Notes: generated from the sequence alone by a model not told the origin. DNA of 32,000 nt from Methanothermus fervidus DSM 2088 (GCA_000166095.1 CP002278.1:1211343-1243342), one strand, 5' to 3'. Positions 1 through 10,327 are shown, counted from the first letter of the stretch. Made by a program: numbers and translations.

Positions 1-2
1 TT

Positions 3-278
3 ATGATTTTCATTTTTGATCCCTCTGAAACTTGTGGATACCCATTAGAAAAACAATTTGCATTATATAAAAATTTAAGGAAAGTTTTTAATGTTCCTAT
101 AATTTCTGTTTTTAATAAAATAGATTTGGTAGAAAATCTTAAATATTTGAAAAAATATATTAACAAAGTAGAAAATCCAATTTTAGTATCTGCTACAGAA
201 GGAAAAGGACTAAAAAAATTAATAGCTAAGTTGGAGGAATTGTATGAAAGATTGGAAAGAAAAATTTGGAAAACCTGA
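3..278 (+). CDS. C-terminal part of a NOG1-like GTPase (truncated by window start)
   Basis: IFIFDPSETCGYPLEKQ...PIISVFNKIDL matches the NOG1/Obg-type G-domain, with an NKxD motif; frame open to the window edge. Confidence 0.75.
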   Translation: MIFIFDPSETCGYPLEKQFALYKNLRKVFNVPIISVFNKIDLVENLKYLKKYINKVENPILVSATEGKGLKKLIAKLEELYERLERKIWKT

Positions 279-303
279 AGAGTTCTTCAGGAGGAGAGGC
301 TTT

Positions 304-720
304 ATGATAGATAAAATGATGGAAGACATGATAAACACAATGAAAAAGATGCATGAAGAGTTTGAAAGAAGATTGTCAGAATATACAGAATTTTTACCAG
401 CTAAACCTTCTGTTGACGTTATTGATGCTGAAGACAAGATAATAGTTAAAACTGATCTTCCTGGTGTAAAAAAGGAAGATTTAGATGTAAAGGTTTCAGA
501 AGATACTGTAACAATTAGTGCTAATGTTAGGGAAGAATTAGAAGTTGAAAAAGGAAACTACTTTAAAAAAGAGAGAAGATATGGAGAAGCTCACAGGGAA
601 GTAAAATTACCAGCAAAAGTTAAACCAAAAGAAGCTAAAGCAAAATTTGAAAATGGAGTATTAACAATAGAAATTCCTAAAAAAGAAGTAAAGGAAAAAG
701 TTAGTGTTAAAATCGAGTAA
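304..720 (+). CDS. Small heat shock protein, Hsp20/alpha-crystallin family
   Basis: Alpha-crystallin core (DAEDKIIVKTDLPGVKKEDLDVKV...FENGVLTIEIPKK). AGGAGG at 289-294 supports the ATG at 304 over the longer ORF start at 244. Confidence 0.93.
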   Translation: MIDKMMEDMINTMKKMHEEFERRLSEYTEFLPAKPSVDVIDAEDKIIVKTDLPGVKKEDLDVKVSEDTVTISANVREELEVEKGNYFKKERRYGEAHREVKLPAKVKPKEAKAKFENGVLTIEIPKKEVKEKVSVKIE

Positions 721-1327
721 CTTGCTGCATTATATACTTCATAACCTCTTTATCTTTTTTTGTTCCAACTTTTTTAACGAGTTTTTTCATTTCTTTTATA
801 CGTTCTATATACCTTTCTCTAGTCTTTTTATCAGCAATTTTAAACCTACTTGAATATATTAAAGATTCAATTATTGCATAAGTTGCGCGATTCAATGGTT
901 TAATGCAATTTTTCATGATAATTTCTTTAACTTTTGCATTTACTAAGTATAGAGTAGATTTTCCCAATGAATCTTTTTTATTTATTTTTCTTGTTTTATA
1001 AACAACGTTTGTGAAAAATGCATCTGCATCTTTTAAAACGACATATCCTTTATATTTTTTAAAATAATTAAGTTTTAAATCTGTAAATGTTGACAATGCA
1101 AAAATGCATGGATCATCTAAAATGTTAACTGCAAATTTTCCTTCTCTTAATATATTATTGAGAGTGTGTGTGCCTTCATAGAGGTATAAGGTTATTTCTT
1201 TTTCATTTCTACATAATACACCAATTGGCGCTGCATTACCACTTCCATCTTCATTTACTGTTGTAACTATTGTTTCATAAAGTGCTCCCCGCTCCATTTT
1301 TAATTTACTTAGTCCTAAATTTTGCAT
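707..1327 (-). CDS. DUF447 family protein (flavin-reductase-like split-barrel fold)
   Basis: ETIVTTVNEDGSGNAAPIGV...FAVNILDDPCIFA. Confidence 0.75.
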   Translation of the reverse strand: MQNLGLSKLKMERGALYETIVTTVNEDGSGNAAPIGVLCRNEKEITLYLYEGTHTLNNILREGKFAVNILDDPCIFALSTFTDLKLNYFKKYKGYVVLKDADAFFTNVVYKTRKINKKDSLGKSTLYLVNAKVKEIIMKNCIKPLNRATYAIIESLIYSSRFKIADKKTRERYIERIKEMKKLVKKVGTKKDKEVMKYIMQQVTRF

Positions 1328-1797
1328 TATTTAAGCACCGAACCTTTAATTACAGCATCAATAATACAATCAAAATTTATTTCTTTATGCCAGCCAGCTT
1401 TTCTAAATACATCCATAAAACAAGCCCCTATAATTTTACCTTCCTCTGTCAAAACATTGTTTATTAACTTTTTAACTTCTTCAACATCTACACCAATTTT
1501 CGGCATTGCAAGACCGCCAAGCAACACTAAAGCATCTGCTTTTGCTTCAACCTTCTCACCTAATTCTACGCCATAAGAAGTCAAAATTAATTTCCTTGCC
1601 TTTTTTACATCAGTATTGGGGATAAATATATTATCTTTATCCCTTAATGCATATGCAAACAATTGTGCAAATGGTGTACAAACTCCTGGAACACCAGCAT
1701 AAGCAATTTTTTTACAACCCCCCACTGCCTCTTTCAATGCATTAAGATTTCCTTTTATGCCTTTAAATTCACTTATCTTCTTCAATTCTCTCACCAA
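1327..1797 (-). CDS. DUF2124-like methanogen protein
   Basis: KKIAYAGVPGVCTPFAQLFAYALRDKDNIFIPNTD...LVLLGGLAMPKIGV; shares 1 nt with the DUF447 gene. Confidence 0.7.
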   Translation of the reverse strand: MVRELKKISEFKGIKGNLNALKEAVGGCKKIAYAGVPGVCTPFAQLFAYALRDKDNIFIPNTDVKKARKLILTSYGVELGEKVEAKADALVLLGGLAMPKIGVDVEEVKKLINNVLTEEGKIIGACFMDVFRKAGWHKEINFDCIIDAVIKGSVLK

Positions 1798-1855
1798 AAA
1801 ATATTTTTTATTATTTATAAAAAAACGGTATTGATAAATTTTAGGATTGGTTCAT

Positions 1856-2413
1856 ATGAAAGAAATTGTCATGCTTAAAAAAGCATTAAAAATATTAACA
1901 TACTCTAAAGCTTTTGCTTTTCTTATACCTGAAACAGGGACAAATATTGTAATGTCAAAGAAAAATCCAAAAAATAAGGAAGATATAGCAGGGATTCCAG
2001 GAAGAATAAGAAAATTTAAGGATAAAGCTATAGTATGTGAAGATCCAAAATTTGGCGCTTCCTCACATCTCGCAAATTTGATTTTGACATTGCAAAAATA
2101 CGATCCTGAAAAAAGAAGTGCTATAAACATTAAATATGATAAAAAAATTATTAAAATAGCTAAGGATATAAACTTAACAATATCAAGTTATGATAGAAGA
2201 GAGGAGCCAAAGAAAATTAAGGAAAAGGAAGGAAGTACGATATCTTGGGGTGCCAAAGCAGCTATAGACAAAATTGGCCAAATTCCAGATTTAATATATC
2301 ACAAAGGAGATTGGGGAAAAGAACCAATGATAAATATTGTTGGGACTGATCCAATCAATTTAGCTAAGTTAACAGTAAAAATTGCCAAAATTTATGTTGG
2401 TGAAAAGATATGA
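1856..2413 (+). CDS. Stand-alone ThiN-like (thiamine-phosphate synthase family) protein
   Basis: [30 protein letters not shown]...DRREEP...GWGAKAAI-like segment ([38 protein letters not shown]) typical of ThiN domains. Confidence 0.75.
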   Translation: MKEIVMLKKALKILTYSKAFAFLIPETGTNIVMSKKNPKNKEDIAGIPGRIRKFKDKAIVCEDPKFGASSHLANLILTLQKYDPEKRSAINIKYDKKIIKIAKDINLTISSYDRREEPKKIKEKEGSTISWGAKAAIDKIGQIPDLIYHKGDWGKEPMINIVGTDPINLAKLTVKIAKIYVGEKI

Positions 2414-3417
2414 AATATAAGATGTATAATGAACTTCAAGACCAACCAAAATCTATTATAAATACTTTAAAACATGAAAAGTCCCATATGAAGGAAATTT
2501 CTGAAAAATTTAAAGATTTTGACAAAATATATCTTGTTGGATGTGGTAGTTCCTTGTCAACTTGTTATTCTGTCAGAGATGCATTGTCAATGCTCTATGA
2601 CACAAATATCGAAGTATTTACAGGATATGAGTTTTTTTATCATAAAAAAATTTCAAATAAAAATGCAGGAGTAATTTTTACCTCACAATCTGGGGAAACT
2701 GTAGATACAATAGCTGCTCTCAGAAAATCACAAAAAATAGGAATTGAAAATGTGGTAATAACAAACGAAAAAAATAGTACGATGGCTAAAGAGTGCAATG
2801 ATGTCATATTAACAAGATGTGGTCGTGAAAGTGCAATTGTGGCAACCAAAACATATGTAACACAACTTTTCTCACTTTATTATATATTGTTTGGAATGAA
2901 AGAAAATAAAAAAATAATAAAGGAGTTAGAAGCTCTGCCAAAAATTCTTAGGAAGATTATTGATGAGAGTGAGGAAAAAAACAAAATATTAGCTAAAAAA
3001 TACAAAGATAAAGAAATATTTTATTGTATTGGCAGTGGACCAAATTATGGTCTTGCATATAAATTGGCAATGACTATGTTAATGGAAGGTGCCCACAAAC
3101 ATGCATGCCCTCTATATTCTGGTGAATTTAAACATAGCTTAGTTGAAAGAATTGAGAATGGAATTCCAGTAATAATATTAAATGCAGATTTTCCAGGCGA
3201 TAAATTAACAATTCAGGCACTGGAATTCTGTAAAAAAGTAGGTGCTGACGTATTATTATATGATATGAAGGATTATTGCGACATAGATAAATTACTTTCG
3301 CCATTTGTTTTAGTTTGTCCTTTAGAGTGGTTTGTATATTATTTGGCACACTATAATGGTAAAGATCCAGGTAGTACGCGCCATATAGATAAAATAAGAA
3401 ATAATGATGATTTATAA
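2410..3417 (+). CDS. SIS-domain sugar isomerase/aminotransferase-like protein (GlmS C-terminal/FrlB/AgaS-like)
   Basis: [31 protein letters not shown], two SIS repeats; ATGA overlap with the upstream gene. Confidence 0.85.
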   Translation: MKYKMYNELQDQPKSIINTLKHEKSHMKEISEKFKDFDKIYLVGCGSSLSTCYSVRDALSMLYDTNIEVFTGYEFFYHKKISNKNAGVIFTSQSGETVDTIAALRKSQKIGIENVVITNEKNSTMAKECNDVILTRCGRESAIVATKTYVTQLFSLYYILFGMKENKKIIKELEALPKILRKIIDESEEKNKILAKKYKDKEIFYCIGSGPNYGLAYKLAMTMLMEGAHKHACPLYSGEFKHSLVERIENGIPVIILNADFPGDKLTIQALEFCKKVGADVLLYDMKDYCDIDKLLSPFVLVCPLEWFVYYLAHYNGKDPGSTRHIDKIRNNDDL

Positions 3418-3431
3418 GGGGATGTGGAAAT

Positions 3432-3632
3432 ATGGGTAACCTTAGGTATTTAGTTATTTTAATTCTTTTTATAGCGGTTATTGCCTTTATTTGTGGTTCA
3501 GTAGTTGGAATTGTTATCGGAATTTCTGAAAACTTCAAAAATTATGGAACCATGAAAATAAACCAATACAATATAACATTTCCATTTCATCTAACTAAAG
3601 TTATGGAAAATTCTTTCTGCTTAGAAAAATAG
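3432..3632 (+). CDS. Small predicted membrane protein (66 aa), unknown function
   Basis: ATG preceded by GGGGAT; one N-terminal transmembrane helix (YLVILILFIAVIAFICGSVVGIVIGI); fits tightly between two CDSs. Confidence 0.5.
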   Translation: MGNLRYLVILILFIAVIAFICGSVVGIVIGISENFKNYGTMKINQYNITFPFHLTKVMENSFCLEK

Positions 3633-3643
3633 GAAGGGATAAA

Positions 3644-4822
3644 TTGCAAAGGGTAAATGGTGGAGTATGCACAGTCAAAAACATTAAAGCATCAGGATGT
3701 AAAAATGGAAAACATGGTGTTGGAATTTTATTAACAAAAAATTGTGAGGCTGCAGGGGTTTTTACAAAAAATAAAATAAAAGCAGCCCCTGTTAGATTAA
3801 CAAAAAAAGTATTAAGAGATGGGAAACTTTCTGCAATAGTTGCCAATAGTGGCAATGCAAATTGTTTTACAGGTAAAAAAGGCATGGAAGATGCTATAAA
3901 AATGCAGGAAATAACTGCTGAGAAACTAAATTTAGATCCAAATGAGGTTGCAGTTGCATCAACAGGTATAATTGGTTTAAGAATGCCAATGGAAAAAATA
4001 ATTCCTCTTATAAATAAAGCATCTTTAAAATTAAATAATTCCCCAAAAGCTTCAAGAAAATTTGCAAAAGCAATAATGACAACAGATACATTTCCAAAAG
4101 AGTTCGCTGTTGAATTCAGGCTTAAAAATGGTGAAAAATGTAGAATTGGTGGAGTAGCTAAAGGTGCTGGTATGATATCTCCAAATATGGCTACTATGTT
4201 ATCCTTTATAACCACAGATATAGATGCTAGCGCAGATGAATTATATGAGTCTCTAAAGATTGCTGTAGATCGTAGTTTTAATATGGTGGTTGTTGATGGC
4301 GATCAAAGCACTAATGACATGGTATTAATTTCTTCAACTAGAGAATCTGGAGAAATTGATGAAAAGTTTCAAACAGCTTTAAATTTTCTTTGTGAAGAGT
4401 TAGCTAAGATGATAGCAAAGGATGGAGAAGGTGCAACAAAATTCATAGAAGTTATAGTTAAAAATGCAAAATCGTCTGAAGATGCAAAGAAAATTGCCAA
4501 ATCCATTGTGTCTTCTCCACTTGTTAAGACAGCTGTTTTTGGATCTGATCCAAATGTAGGTAGAATAATAGCAGCCATAGGATCAACAAATTGCGATGTT
4601 AAGGAAGAAAAAATAAATATAAGATTAAAATCTGTTACAGATGTTAACATTGTTAAAAATGGTGAAATAATAAAAAGTAAAATACCCTATGCAAGAAAAG
4701 TAATGAATGAAAAAGAAATTAAAATTATTGTGGATTTAAAGTTTGGAAATTCCTCAGCAAAGGCATATGGTTGTGATTTAACATATGATTATGTTAAAAT
4801 AAATTCAGAATACAGTACGTGA
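3644..4822 (+). CDS. argJ: Glutamate N-acetyltransferase / amino-acid N-acetyltransferase ArgJ
   Basis: [10 protein letters not shown]..., [12 protein letters not shown], conserved autocleavage motif [11 protein letters not shown]; TTG start. Confidence 0.95.
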   Translation: MQRVNGGVCTVKNIKASGCKNGKHGVGILLTKNCEAAGVFTKNKIKAAPVRLTKKVLRDGKLSAIVANSGNANCFTGKKGMEDAIKMQEITAEKLNLDPNEVAVASTGIIGLRMPMEKIIPLINKASLKLNNSPKASRKFAKAIMTTDTFPKEFAVEFRLKNGEKCRIGGVAKGAGMISPNMATMLSFITTDIDASADELYESLKIAVDRSFNMVVVDGDQSTNDMVLISSTRESGEIDEKFQTALNFLCEELAKMIAKDGEGATKFIEVIVKNAKSSEDAKKIAKSIVSSPLVKTAVFGSDPNVGRIIAAIGSTNCDVKEEKINIRLKSVTDVNIVKNGEIIKSKIPYARKVMNEKEIKIIVDLKFGNSSAKAYGCDLTYDYVKINSEYST

Positions 4823-4826
4823 TAAA

Positions 4827-5708
4827 ATGGCAAAAAAAATAGAAGTTCTTATTGAAGCATTGCCATACATCAAGAAATTTCATAAGAAAAAAATGCTAAT
4901 AAAATACGGTGGACATGCAATGATAGATGAAGATATAATGAATTCAACTGCAAGAGACATTGTTTTACTTAAATATGTAGGAATAGAGCCTGTTGTTGTG
5001 CATGGTGGAGGTCCAGAGATATCTAGGGCTATGAAAAAAATGGGTAAAAAACCTAAATTTATAGACGGATTACGAATCACTGATGAAGAAACAATGGATA
5101 TTGTTAAAATGGTCTTGGTTGGAAAAATAAATACTGCAATAGTTGGTACTATATGTTTCCATGGAGGCAAGGCCGTAGGATTATCAGGAAAAGATGGCCA
5201 ATTGTTAATTGCAAGAAAAAAAGCTCCTCAAGTAATTACAGATAAGAGTGGTAAAAAAAGAAAAATAGACCTTGGCTTAGTTGGTGAAATCGAAGAAATA
5301 AGACCATCTATAATAAATTTACTTACAGAAAATGATTATATTCCTGTTATATCCCCCGTGGGCGTAGATAGAAATGCTAACACTTTAAATTTAAATGCAG
5401 ATACAGTAGCTGGTGAAATTGCAAGTAAAATAAATGCAGAAAAATTGATAATTTTAACTGACGTGCCTGGGATATTGGAAGATCCTAAAGATCCAGAAAC
5501 ACTCATTAAAAAACTTACAGTAGAAGAATTACAAGAATTGATTAAAAATGGAACTATAAGAGGAGGAATGGTTCCAAAGGCGTTGACATGTATTGAAGCT
5601 TTGAATTCTGGAGTATCTTCAGCTCATATAATTGATGGACGCATTAAACATTCATTGTTGTTGGAGATATTTACTGATGAAGGAATTGGAACTATGATAG
5701 TTCCATAA
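4827..5708 (+). CDS. argB: Acetylglutamate kinase ArgB
   Basis: [12 protein letters not shown]...[11 protein letters not shown]...GLSGKDG...VHIIDGR-like tail ([27 protein letters not shown]). Confidence 0.96.
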   Translation: MAKKIEVLIEALPYIKKFHKKKMLIKYGGHAMIDEDIMNSTARDIVLLKYVGIEPVVVHGGGPEISRAMKKMGKKPKFIDGLRITDEETMDIVKMVLVGKINTAIVGTICFHGGKAVGLSGKDGQLLIARKKAPQVITDKSGKKRKIDLGLVGEIEEIRPSIINLLTENDYIPVISPVGVDRNANTLNLNADTVAGEIASKINAEKLIILTDVPGILEDPKDPETLIKKLTVEELQELIKNGTIRGGMVPKALTCIEALNSGVSSAHIIDGRIKHSLLLEIFTDEGIGTMIVP

Positions 5709-6681
5709 TTTTCTTTTTTATTTCCTCAGCCATCTCCATAGTCTTAAGATTTCCACCAAGATCAGGAGTTACCTTTCCCTCCCTAAGGACCTCAATCAAA
5801 GCATTCTCAACCAAATCACCTTCTCTCTCAAATCCAAGATGCCTCAACATCATAACTGAGGATAGGATCATTGCAGTTGGATTTGCAATCCCTTTACCTG
5901 CAATATCTGGAGCAGATCCATGTACAGGTTCGAAAAGCGAATTTTTTTCACCTATATTTGCAGATGGTGCCAATCCAAGACCACCAACTAAACCAGCAGC
6001 CTCATCAGAAAGTATGTCCCCATATAGATTTGTTGTGACCAAAACATCAAAATCTTGTGGTTTTGTTATTAGGTAGAGGGCCATTGCATCAACATAAACA
6101 TCCTCAGCTTCAATCTCTGGATATCCTTCAGCAACCTCATAAAATACTTCCCTAAACAACCCATCTGTCTTCTTAAGGACATTTGCTTTATGTACAGCAG
6201 TAACTTTTTCATTTGCAATTTTGAATGCAAACTCACAAATCCTTTCACATGCTTTCCTAGTTATAACTCTAACAGCTTCAGCTCCTTCATCTGTATATCT
6301 CTCTATTCCAGAATATAGGCACTCTGTATTCTCTCTCACTATTGTTAAGTCTATATCTTTCCTAATACATTCTATTCCAGGATAGCATTTAACTGGTCTT
6401 ACATTTGCGAAGAGGTCTAGTTCTTTTCTTAAAGTTATTATTGCACTTTTTTGTCCAGGAACTGTAGTGACAGCTCCAAATAAAATAGCATCGGATTTTT
6501 TTGCCTTTTTTAAGCTTTCATCAGGTAAAGTATCTCCATATTTTTTAAAACATTCATAACCAGCATATGCTTCTATAAATTTTATGTTGAGGTCTAGGAT
6601 GGAAAGCACTGATAATGCGGCATCCATGACTTCCTTCCCTATTCCATCTCCTTTAATAACTACAACCTTTTTCTTTCCCAT
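5692..6681 (-). CDS. Isopropylmalate/homoisocitrate/isocitrate dehydrogenase family (LeuB/AksF-like)
   Basis: [53 protein letters not shown]; substrate cannot be fixed by eye. Confidence 0.93.
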   Translation of the reverse strand: MGKKKVVVIKGDGIGKEVMDAALSVLSILDLNIKFIEAYAGYECFKKYGDTLPDESLKKAKKSDAILFGAVTTVPGQKSAIITLRKELDLFANVRPVKCYPGIECIRKDIDLTIVRENTECLYSGIERYTDEGAEAVRVITRKACERICEFAFKIANEKVTAVHKANVLKKTDGLFREVFYEVAEGYPEIEAEDVYVDAMALYLITKPQDFDVLVTTNLYGDILSDEAAGLVGGLGLAPSANIGEKNSLFEPVHGSAPDIAGKGIANPTAMILSSVMMLRHLGFEREGDLVENALIEVLREGKVTPDLGGNLKTMEMAEEIKKKIMELS

Positions 6682-6737
6682 ATTCTCAACCAAATTTTTT
6701 ATTCATAACTAAATTTAAGGTCAGTTGTGAAAATAAG

Positions 6738-6743
6738 TATATA
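6738..6743 (+). promoter_or_regulatory. Candidate TATA element (AAGTATATAGTAA)
   Basis: TATATA about 25 nt upstream of the expected TSS of the 6792 gene, in an intergenic region. Confidence 0.4.
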
Positions 6744-6791
6744 GTAACTTATGTGAAGTGGTAATGTAATGGATGGAAGTAGGTGAGTCAC

Positions 6792-7121
6792 ATGAAAGTT
6801 CATTTACAAATTTTTGTTGAGATAGAAAATTTGGGACGTGTAATAAATATACTTTCTAAGGAAGGAGTTACAGGATTTTATTTAATTGAATATAGGGGAG
6901 TATCTCCACAGGAATGGGAAGGTTTTACAATTCAAGAAGATCCAAAATCTGTTGTATCATTTATTAAAGATGTTGCACAAAATGCTATACTGGTATCTTG
7001 TGTAGTTGATAAAGAAAAGGCATATGATATTAGAAAAGAAATAAACAGGAAATTAAGCGATGTAAAATATACAATAATGGAAATTCCAATAAAAAGCATT
7101 GTTGTAAATTTTGCTGATTAG
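6792..7121 (+). CDS. PII-like MJ1244-family protein
   Basis: Small ferredoxin-fold protein: VHLQIFVEIENLGRVINILSKEGVTGFYLIEYRGVSPQEW; AGGTGA then ATG at 6792. Confidence 0.65.
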   Translation: MKVHLQIFVEIENLGRVINILSKEGVTGFYLIEYRGVSPQEWEGFTIQEDPKSVVSFIKDVAQNAILVSCVVDKEKAYDIRKEINRKLSDVKYTIMEIPIKSIVVNFAD

Positions 7122-7130
7122 GTGATAAGT

Positions 7131-7982
7131 ATGAAAGCTGTGATACCTGCGGCGGGATTAGGTACTAGACTTTTACCAATTACTAAAGCGCAGCCAAAGG
7201 AAATGTTACCTGTTTTTGATAAACCGGCTATTCAATATGTTGTAGAGGAGGCTGTGGCAGCAGGAATTGATGATATACTTATAATAACTGGTAAAGGTAA
7301 AAGATCAATAGAAGATCATTTTGATAGATCTTTTGAATTAGAATATTTTTTAAAAAAGAATAATAAAAATGAGATGCTTAATGAAATTGAAGAAATTTCA
7401 GAATTAGCTGATATTTATTATGTAAGACAAAGAGAACAAAAAGGATTAGGGGATGCTATATATTGTGCGCGTAAGCATGTTGATGGAGAAACATTTGCTG
7501 TATTGTTGGGAGATACAATAACATATTCTAAGACACCATGCATTAAAAAATTAATGGAGATGTATAAGATATACAAATCCAGTATTGTAGCTGTTGAAGA
7601 GGTTCCAAGAAAAAAAGTAAGTAGGTATGGAATAATAAAGGGAAAAGAATTGAAAAAAAATATTTATTTGGTTGAAGACATGGTTGAAAAACCTAAAATT
7701 GAGGAAGCACCGTCAAACCTAGCTATAATTGGTAGATATATCCTTGAACCAGAAATATTTGATTGTATAAAAGAAACAGGTCCAGGAGTTGGTGGTGAAA
7801 TACAACTAACAGATGCAATGAGATTGCTAGATAGAGTATATGCTTACAAGTTTTCTGGGAAAACATATGATATTGGAAATAAAATAGATTGGCTAAAAAC
7901 TTCTATAGAATTTGCACTTAGAGAAAAAGATATTAAAGAAAAACTAAAACCTTGGCTTTCAAAAATTATTAAACAAAACTAA
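7131..7982 (+). CDS. galU: UTP-glucose-1-phosphate uridylyltransferase GalU
   Basis: MKAVIPAAGLGTRLLPITKAQPKEMLPVFDKPAIQYVVEEAV; AGGTGAT then ATG at 7131. Confidence 0.95.
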   Translation: MKAVIPAAGLGTRLLPITKAQPKEMLPVFDKPAIQYVVEEAVAAGIDDILIITGKGKRSIEDHFDRSFELEYFLKKNNKNEMLNEIEEISELADIYYVRQREQKGLGDAIYCARKHVDGETFAVLLGDTITYSKTPCIKKLMEMYKIYKSSIVAVEEVPRKKVSRYGIIKGKELKKNIYLVEDMVEKPKIEEAPSNLAIIGRYILEPEIFDCIKETGPGVGGEIQLTDAMRLLDRVYAYKFSGKTYDIGNKIDWLKTSIEFALREKDIKEKLKPWLSKIIKQN

Positions 7983-7988
7983 TAAAAA

Positions 7989-8062
7989 TCCCGGCTGCCG
8001 GATTTGAACCGGCGACCCGCGGATCTACAGTCCGCCGCTCTACCAGACTGAGCTAAGCCGGG
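7989..8062 (-). tRNA. tRNA-Tyr (anticodon GTA), no intron
   Basis: Minus strand folds as a cloverleaf: CCCGGCT-TA-GCTC-AGTCTGGTA-GAGC-G-GCGGA-CTGTAGA-TCCGC-GGGTC-GCCGG-TTCAAAT-CCGGC-AGCCGGG-A. C1-G72 is typical of archaeal tRNA-Tyr. Confidence 0.97.
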
Positions 8063-8095
8063 ATATCTTTACTCACAAGATATTATAAAAAAGTT

Positions 8096-8110
8096 CTTAT
8101 ATATAAATTT
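8096..8110 (-). promoter_or_regulatory. TATA element for tRNA-Tyr (AAATTTATATATAAG)
   Basis: Strong archaeal TATA consensus, centred about 40 nt upstream of the tRNA 5' end. Confidence 0.6.
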
Positions 8111-8116
8111 TTCTGT

Positions 8117-9307
8117 TCATGTAATCAATGCATAAATCAATGACAATATTATTGCTATAACACCTAATTCCCATCTTCCAATTTGCCATCCAATAAAAGT
8201 CATTAAAAAGACAAAAATAAAAATCAAAATTCCTTCTCCCTTCCTATTCAATGCAAAATTTATTAAAGTTCTAGTGAAATCTGAAGGAATAAAATAAGCA
8301 TAAGTACCATTTGCAAGATTAAAAACTACTGTAGAGCTTGGATGCCAAAACTTTACATCATCAGATAAATATGCATTTTCACCAGCTTCTTTCCTAGTTT
8401 TACCTACTCCAGCCCTTATTTTAACATCGTTTACTTGACTTTCCCAAATTGCTTCTAATATTGCTTGTAATGCTAAATCTTTTGTTGGCATACTTGCAAC
8501 CAAATCATCGCCACCTTTACGATAACCTTCTATTTTTCCTTCTCGTTCTTCGATTCTTTTCTTTATTTTTTCCATCACTAAACTTAAAAAGTCTCTACCA
8601 TATTTCTCAATAAATTTTGTGGAATTTATTACATCAAGAAAAAGATAATTGCCATGAGTAGAATATGTTTCACCAATTTTTGAAATTTTTGATGGAAAGA
8701 GAAGTGCAAATTCCCCACCAAATTTTGTAAAAGCCACTCCTGGTATTTCACCGACTTCATTAGTTAACTTTATAGCTCTTTCTACAGCTGCTGCAGCGGT
8801 CATTCCTACGGCAGCCCGCACATTTAAATTTTTCTCACCACCCAATGCTATAAGCTTTATTGCTATTTTTATTGCTTCATTTTTTGATATTAATCTTGCT
8901 AATATTTCATTAGGACCTTTTTCTACAATTTCTCCTCCTTCATTTTTGATTGTATCAATAAATTCATTCACATCAGCTTTTTCTGGAAGTTCAACATATA
9001 GATATCTATCACTGCCAACAATTATATCACTTAAAAGTGCACGTTCATTTATATCTTTCTCAGGTTTTTTTAATTCAACAAATCTACCATTTCGAGGCAA
9101 AGCAAAATTTAGTTCTTCAACTAAACTTTCAAATATGCTATTAGAATCAATTTTTGCCTTTTTAAGTTCTATCAACATAGTTTTTGTATCGTTCATCATT
9201 TTAACATATTTTTCTTCGTCTTCTGTAGTTGGACGATAATCAGTCCCAATACTAATAATCCTTTTTCCAATAAAAAAACTTAAAATAAAGCGTAGGATCC
9301 TACCCAT
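8117..9307 (-). CDS. Membrane-anchored protein with tandem GCH-III/GGDEF/class-III-cyclase-like palm domains
   Basis: Second domain: YLFLDVINSTKFIEKYG...GKIEGYRKGGDDLVASM...DVKIRAGVGKTRKEAGENA. First domain aligns to it without the acidic motif. C-terminal hydrophobic helices (LIFIFVFLMTFIGW, LGVIAIILSLIYALIT). Confidence 0.65.
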   Translation of the reverse strand: MGRILRFILSFFIGKRIISIGTDYRPTTEDEEKYVKMMNDTKTMLIELKKAKIDSNSIFESLVEELNFALPRNGRFVELKKPEKDINERALLSDIIVGSDRYLYVELPEKADVNEFIDTIKNEGGEIVEKGPNEILARLISKNEAIKIAIKLIALGGEKNLNVRAAVGMTAAAAVERAIKLTNEVGEIPGVAFTKFGGEFALLFPSKISKIGETYSTHGNYLFLDVINSTKFIEKYGRDFLSLVMEKIKKRIEEREGKIEGYRKGGDDLVASMPTKDLALQAILEAIWESQVNDVKIRAGVGKTRKEAGENAYLSDDVKFWHPSSTVVFNLANGTYAYFIPSDFTRTLINFALNRKGEGILIFIFVFLMTFIGWQIGRWELGVIAIILSLIYALIT

Positions 9308-10327
9308 CTACTTTTGTCCTCCTTTTTCCAATGTAACCTCAAATTCACCAGGATTTTCAAGTAATACACTAGGTCTCACAGCAACTATTGGAAATCTCCA
9401 ACTACCAATTCTTGCGGCAATTGTACTTGCTATATTCCTGGAATTCCTTTTTACCAAAGCATAATCATGATTATTAACTGTTATATTGACATTGTATGGT
9501 GATTCTTCCATTACATCTTCTGAAGGCAACACATTTAATTCAAAATGGTTTTTCCGCATGAAAATATCATTTCTAACAGCTACAAGTGGACTATATTCTA
9601 ATTCTAAATTATCTCTGACAGTTACAGCTATGTTGCCAGCATATTTAACAACTTTTTTATAATCTTGTGGATTAACAAGAACAAATATTATATAGTTTCC
9701 TTCTTCAATATTTTCAACCATCTCTAGAACATTTTTTAAGACAGGAATTTTCATGAACACTTCTTCAACTTTTGACTCTAATCCTTCCTCATAAACCTTA
9801 ATTCTACTTATAGCTTCTTTAGCTATTGCTATGCCACTAAGCTTTTTCCCATGTCTTACATTATAGTAATCAAAACCTTTGTCTTTAAATTTGTTTAAAG
9901 CATCTAAAGTGATTTCTTTTATTATGTCTTTGACCTTCCTTACTTTTGGAATCTTTCCAATTACTATTTTATTATTTTCAAATGTGTAGGGAACTCTTCT
10001 ACTATCAATATTTTTAAATTCATCTCTAAACTCTCTAAAATTGTCATTTGACAATATTTTTGCATCTTCTTCTTCTGCCAACTTTAAAATATAATGATCT
10101 GCATTTGTACCTGCAGGTACTTCCTTAATTATCCCCTTTTTTATGTATTCCTTATATTTCTCTTCATCATCAATCTTATGTTTCAAAGAAGCGTCAGCAA
10201 CGACTATCGGTTTAAAACCAAGTTTTTTTACAGCCTTTATAGCTTCGATAATTCTTTTCATTATCGCCTTATTCTGATGGTGGGCAATATTTGATGCATC
10301 TATAATCATTTTCAATGGATCACCCAT
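9308..10327 (-). CDS. Zc3h12a/NYN-type (PIN-like) predicted ribonuclease with a long uncharacterised C-terminal region
   Basis: MIIDASNIAHHQNK...IVVADASLKHKIDD...VPAGTNADHYILKLAEEEDAKILSNDNFREFRDEF, the NYN acidic-residue pattern. Confidence 0.8.
   Translation of the reverse strand: MGDPLKMIIDASNIAHHQNKAIMKRIIEAIKAVKKLGFKPIVVADASLKHKIDDEEKYKEYIKKGIIKEVPAGTNADHYILKLAEEEDAKILSNDNFREFRDEFKNIDSRRVPYTFENNKIVIGKIPKVRKVKDIIKEITLDALNKFKDKGFDYYNVRHGKKLSGIAIAKEAISRIKVYEEGLESKVEEVFMKIPVLKNVLEMVENIEEGNYIIFVLVNPQDYKKVVKYAGNIAVTVRDNLELEYSPLVAVRNDIFMRKNHFELNVLPSEDVMEESPYNVNITVNNHDYALVKRNSRNIASTIAARIGSWRFPIVAVRPSVLLENPGEFEVTLEKGGQK

Noticed and set aside
6734-6751. Small inverted repeat TAAGT...ACTTA
   Set aside because: Only 5 bp arms around a TATA-like core; expected by chance in AT-rich promoter DNA.
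8063-8116. Possible second small RNA next to tRNA-Tyr
   Set aside because: The sequence is explained by a TATA box and T/A-rich terminator; no C/D or H/ACA boxes found.
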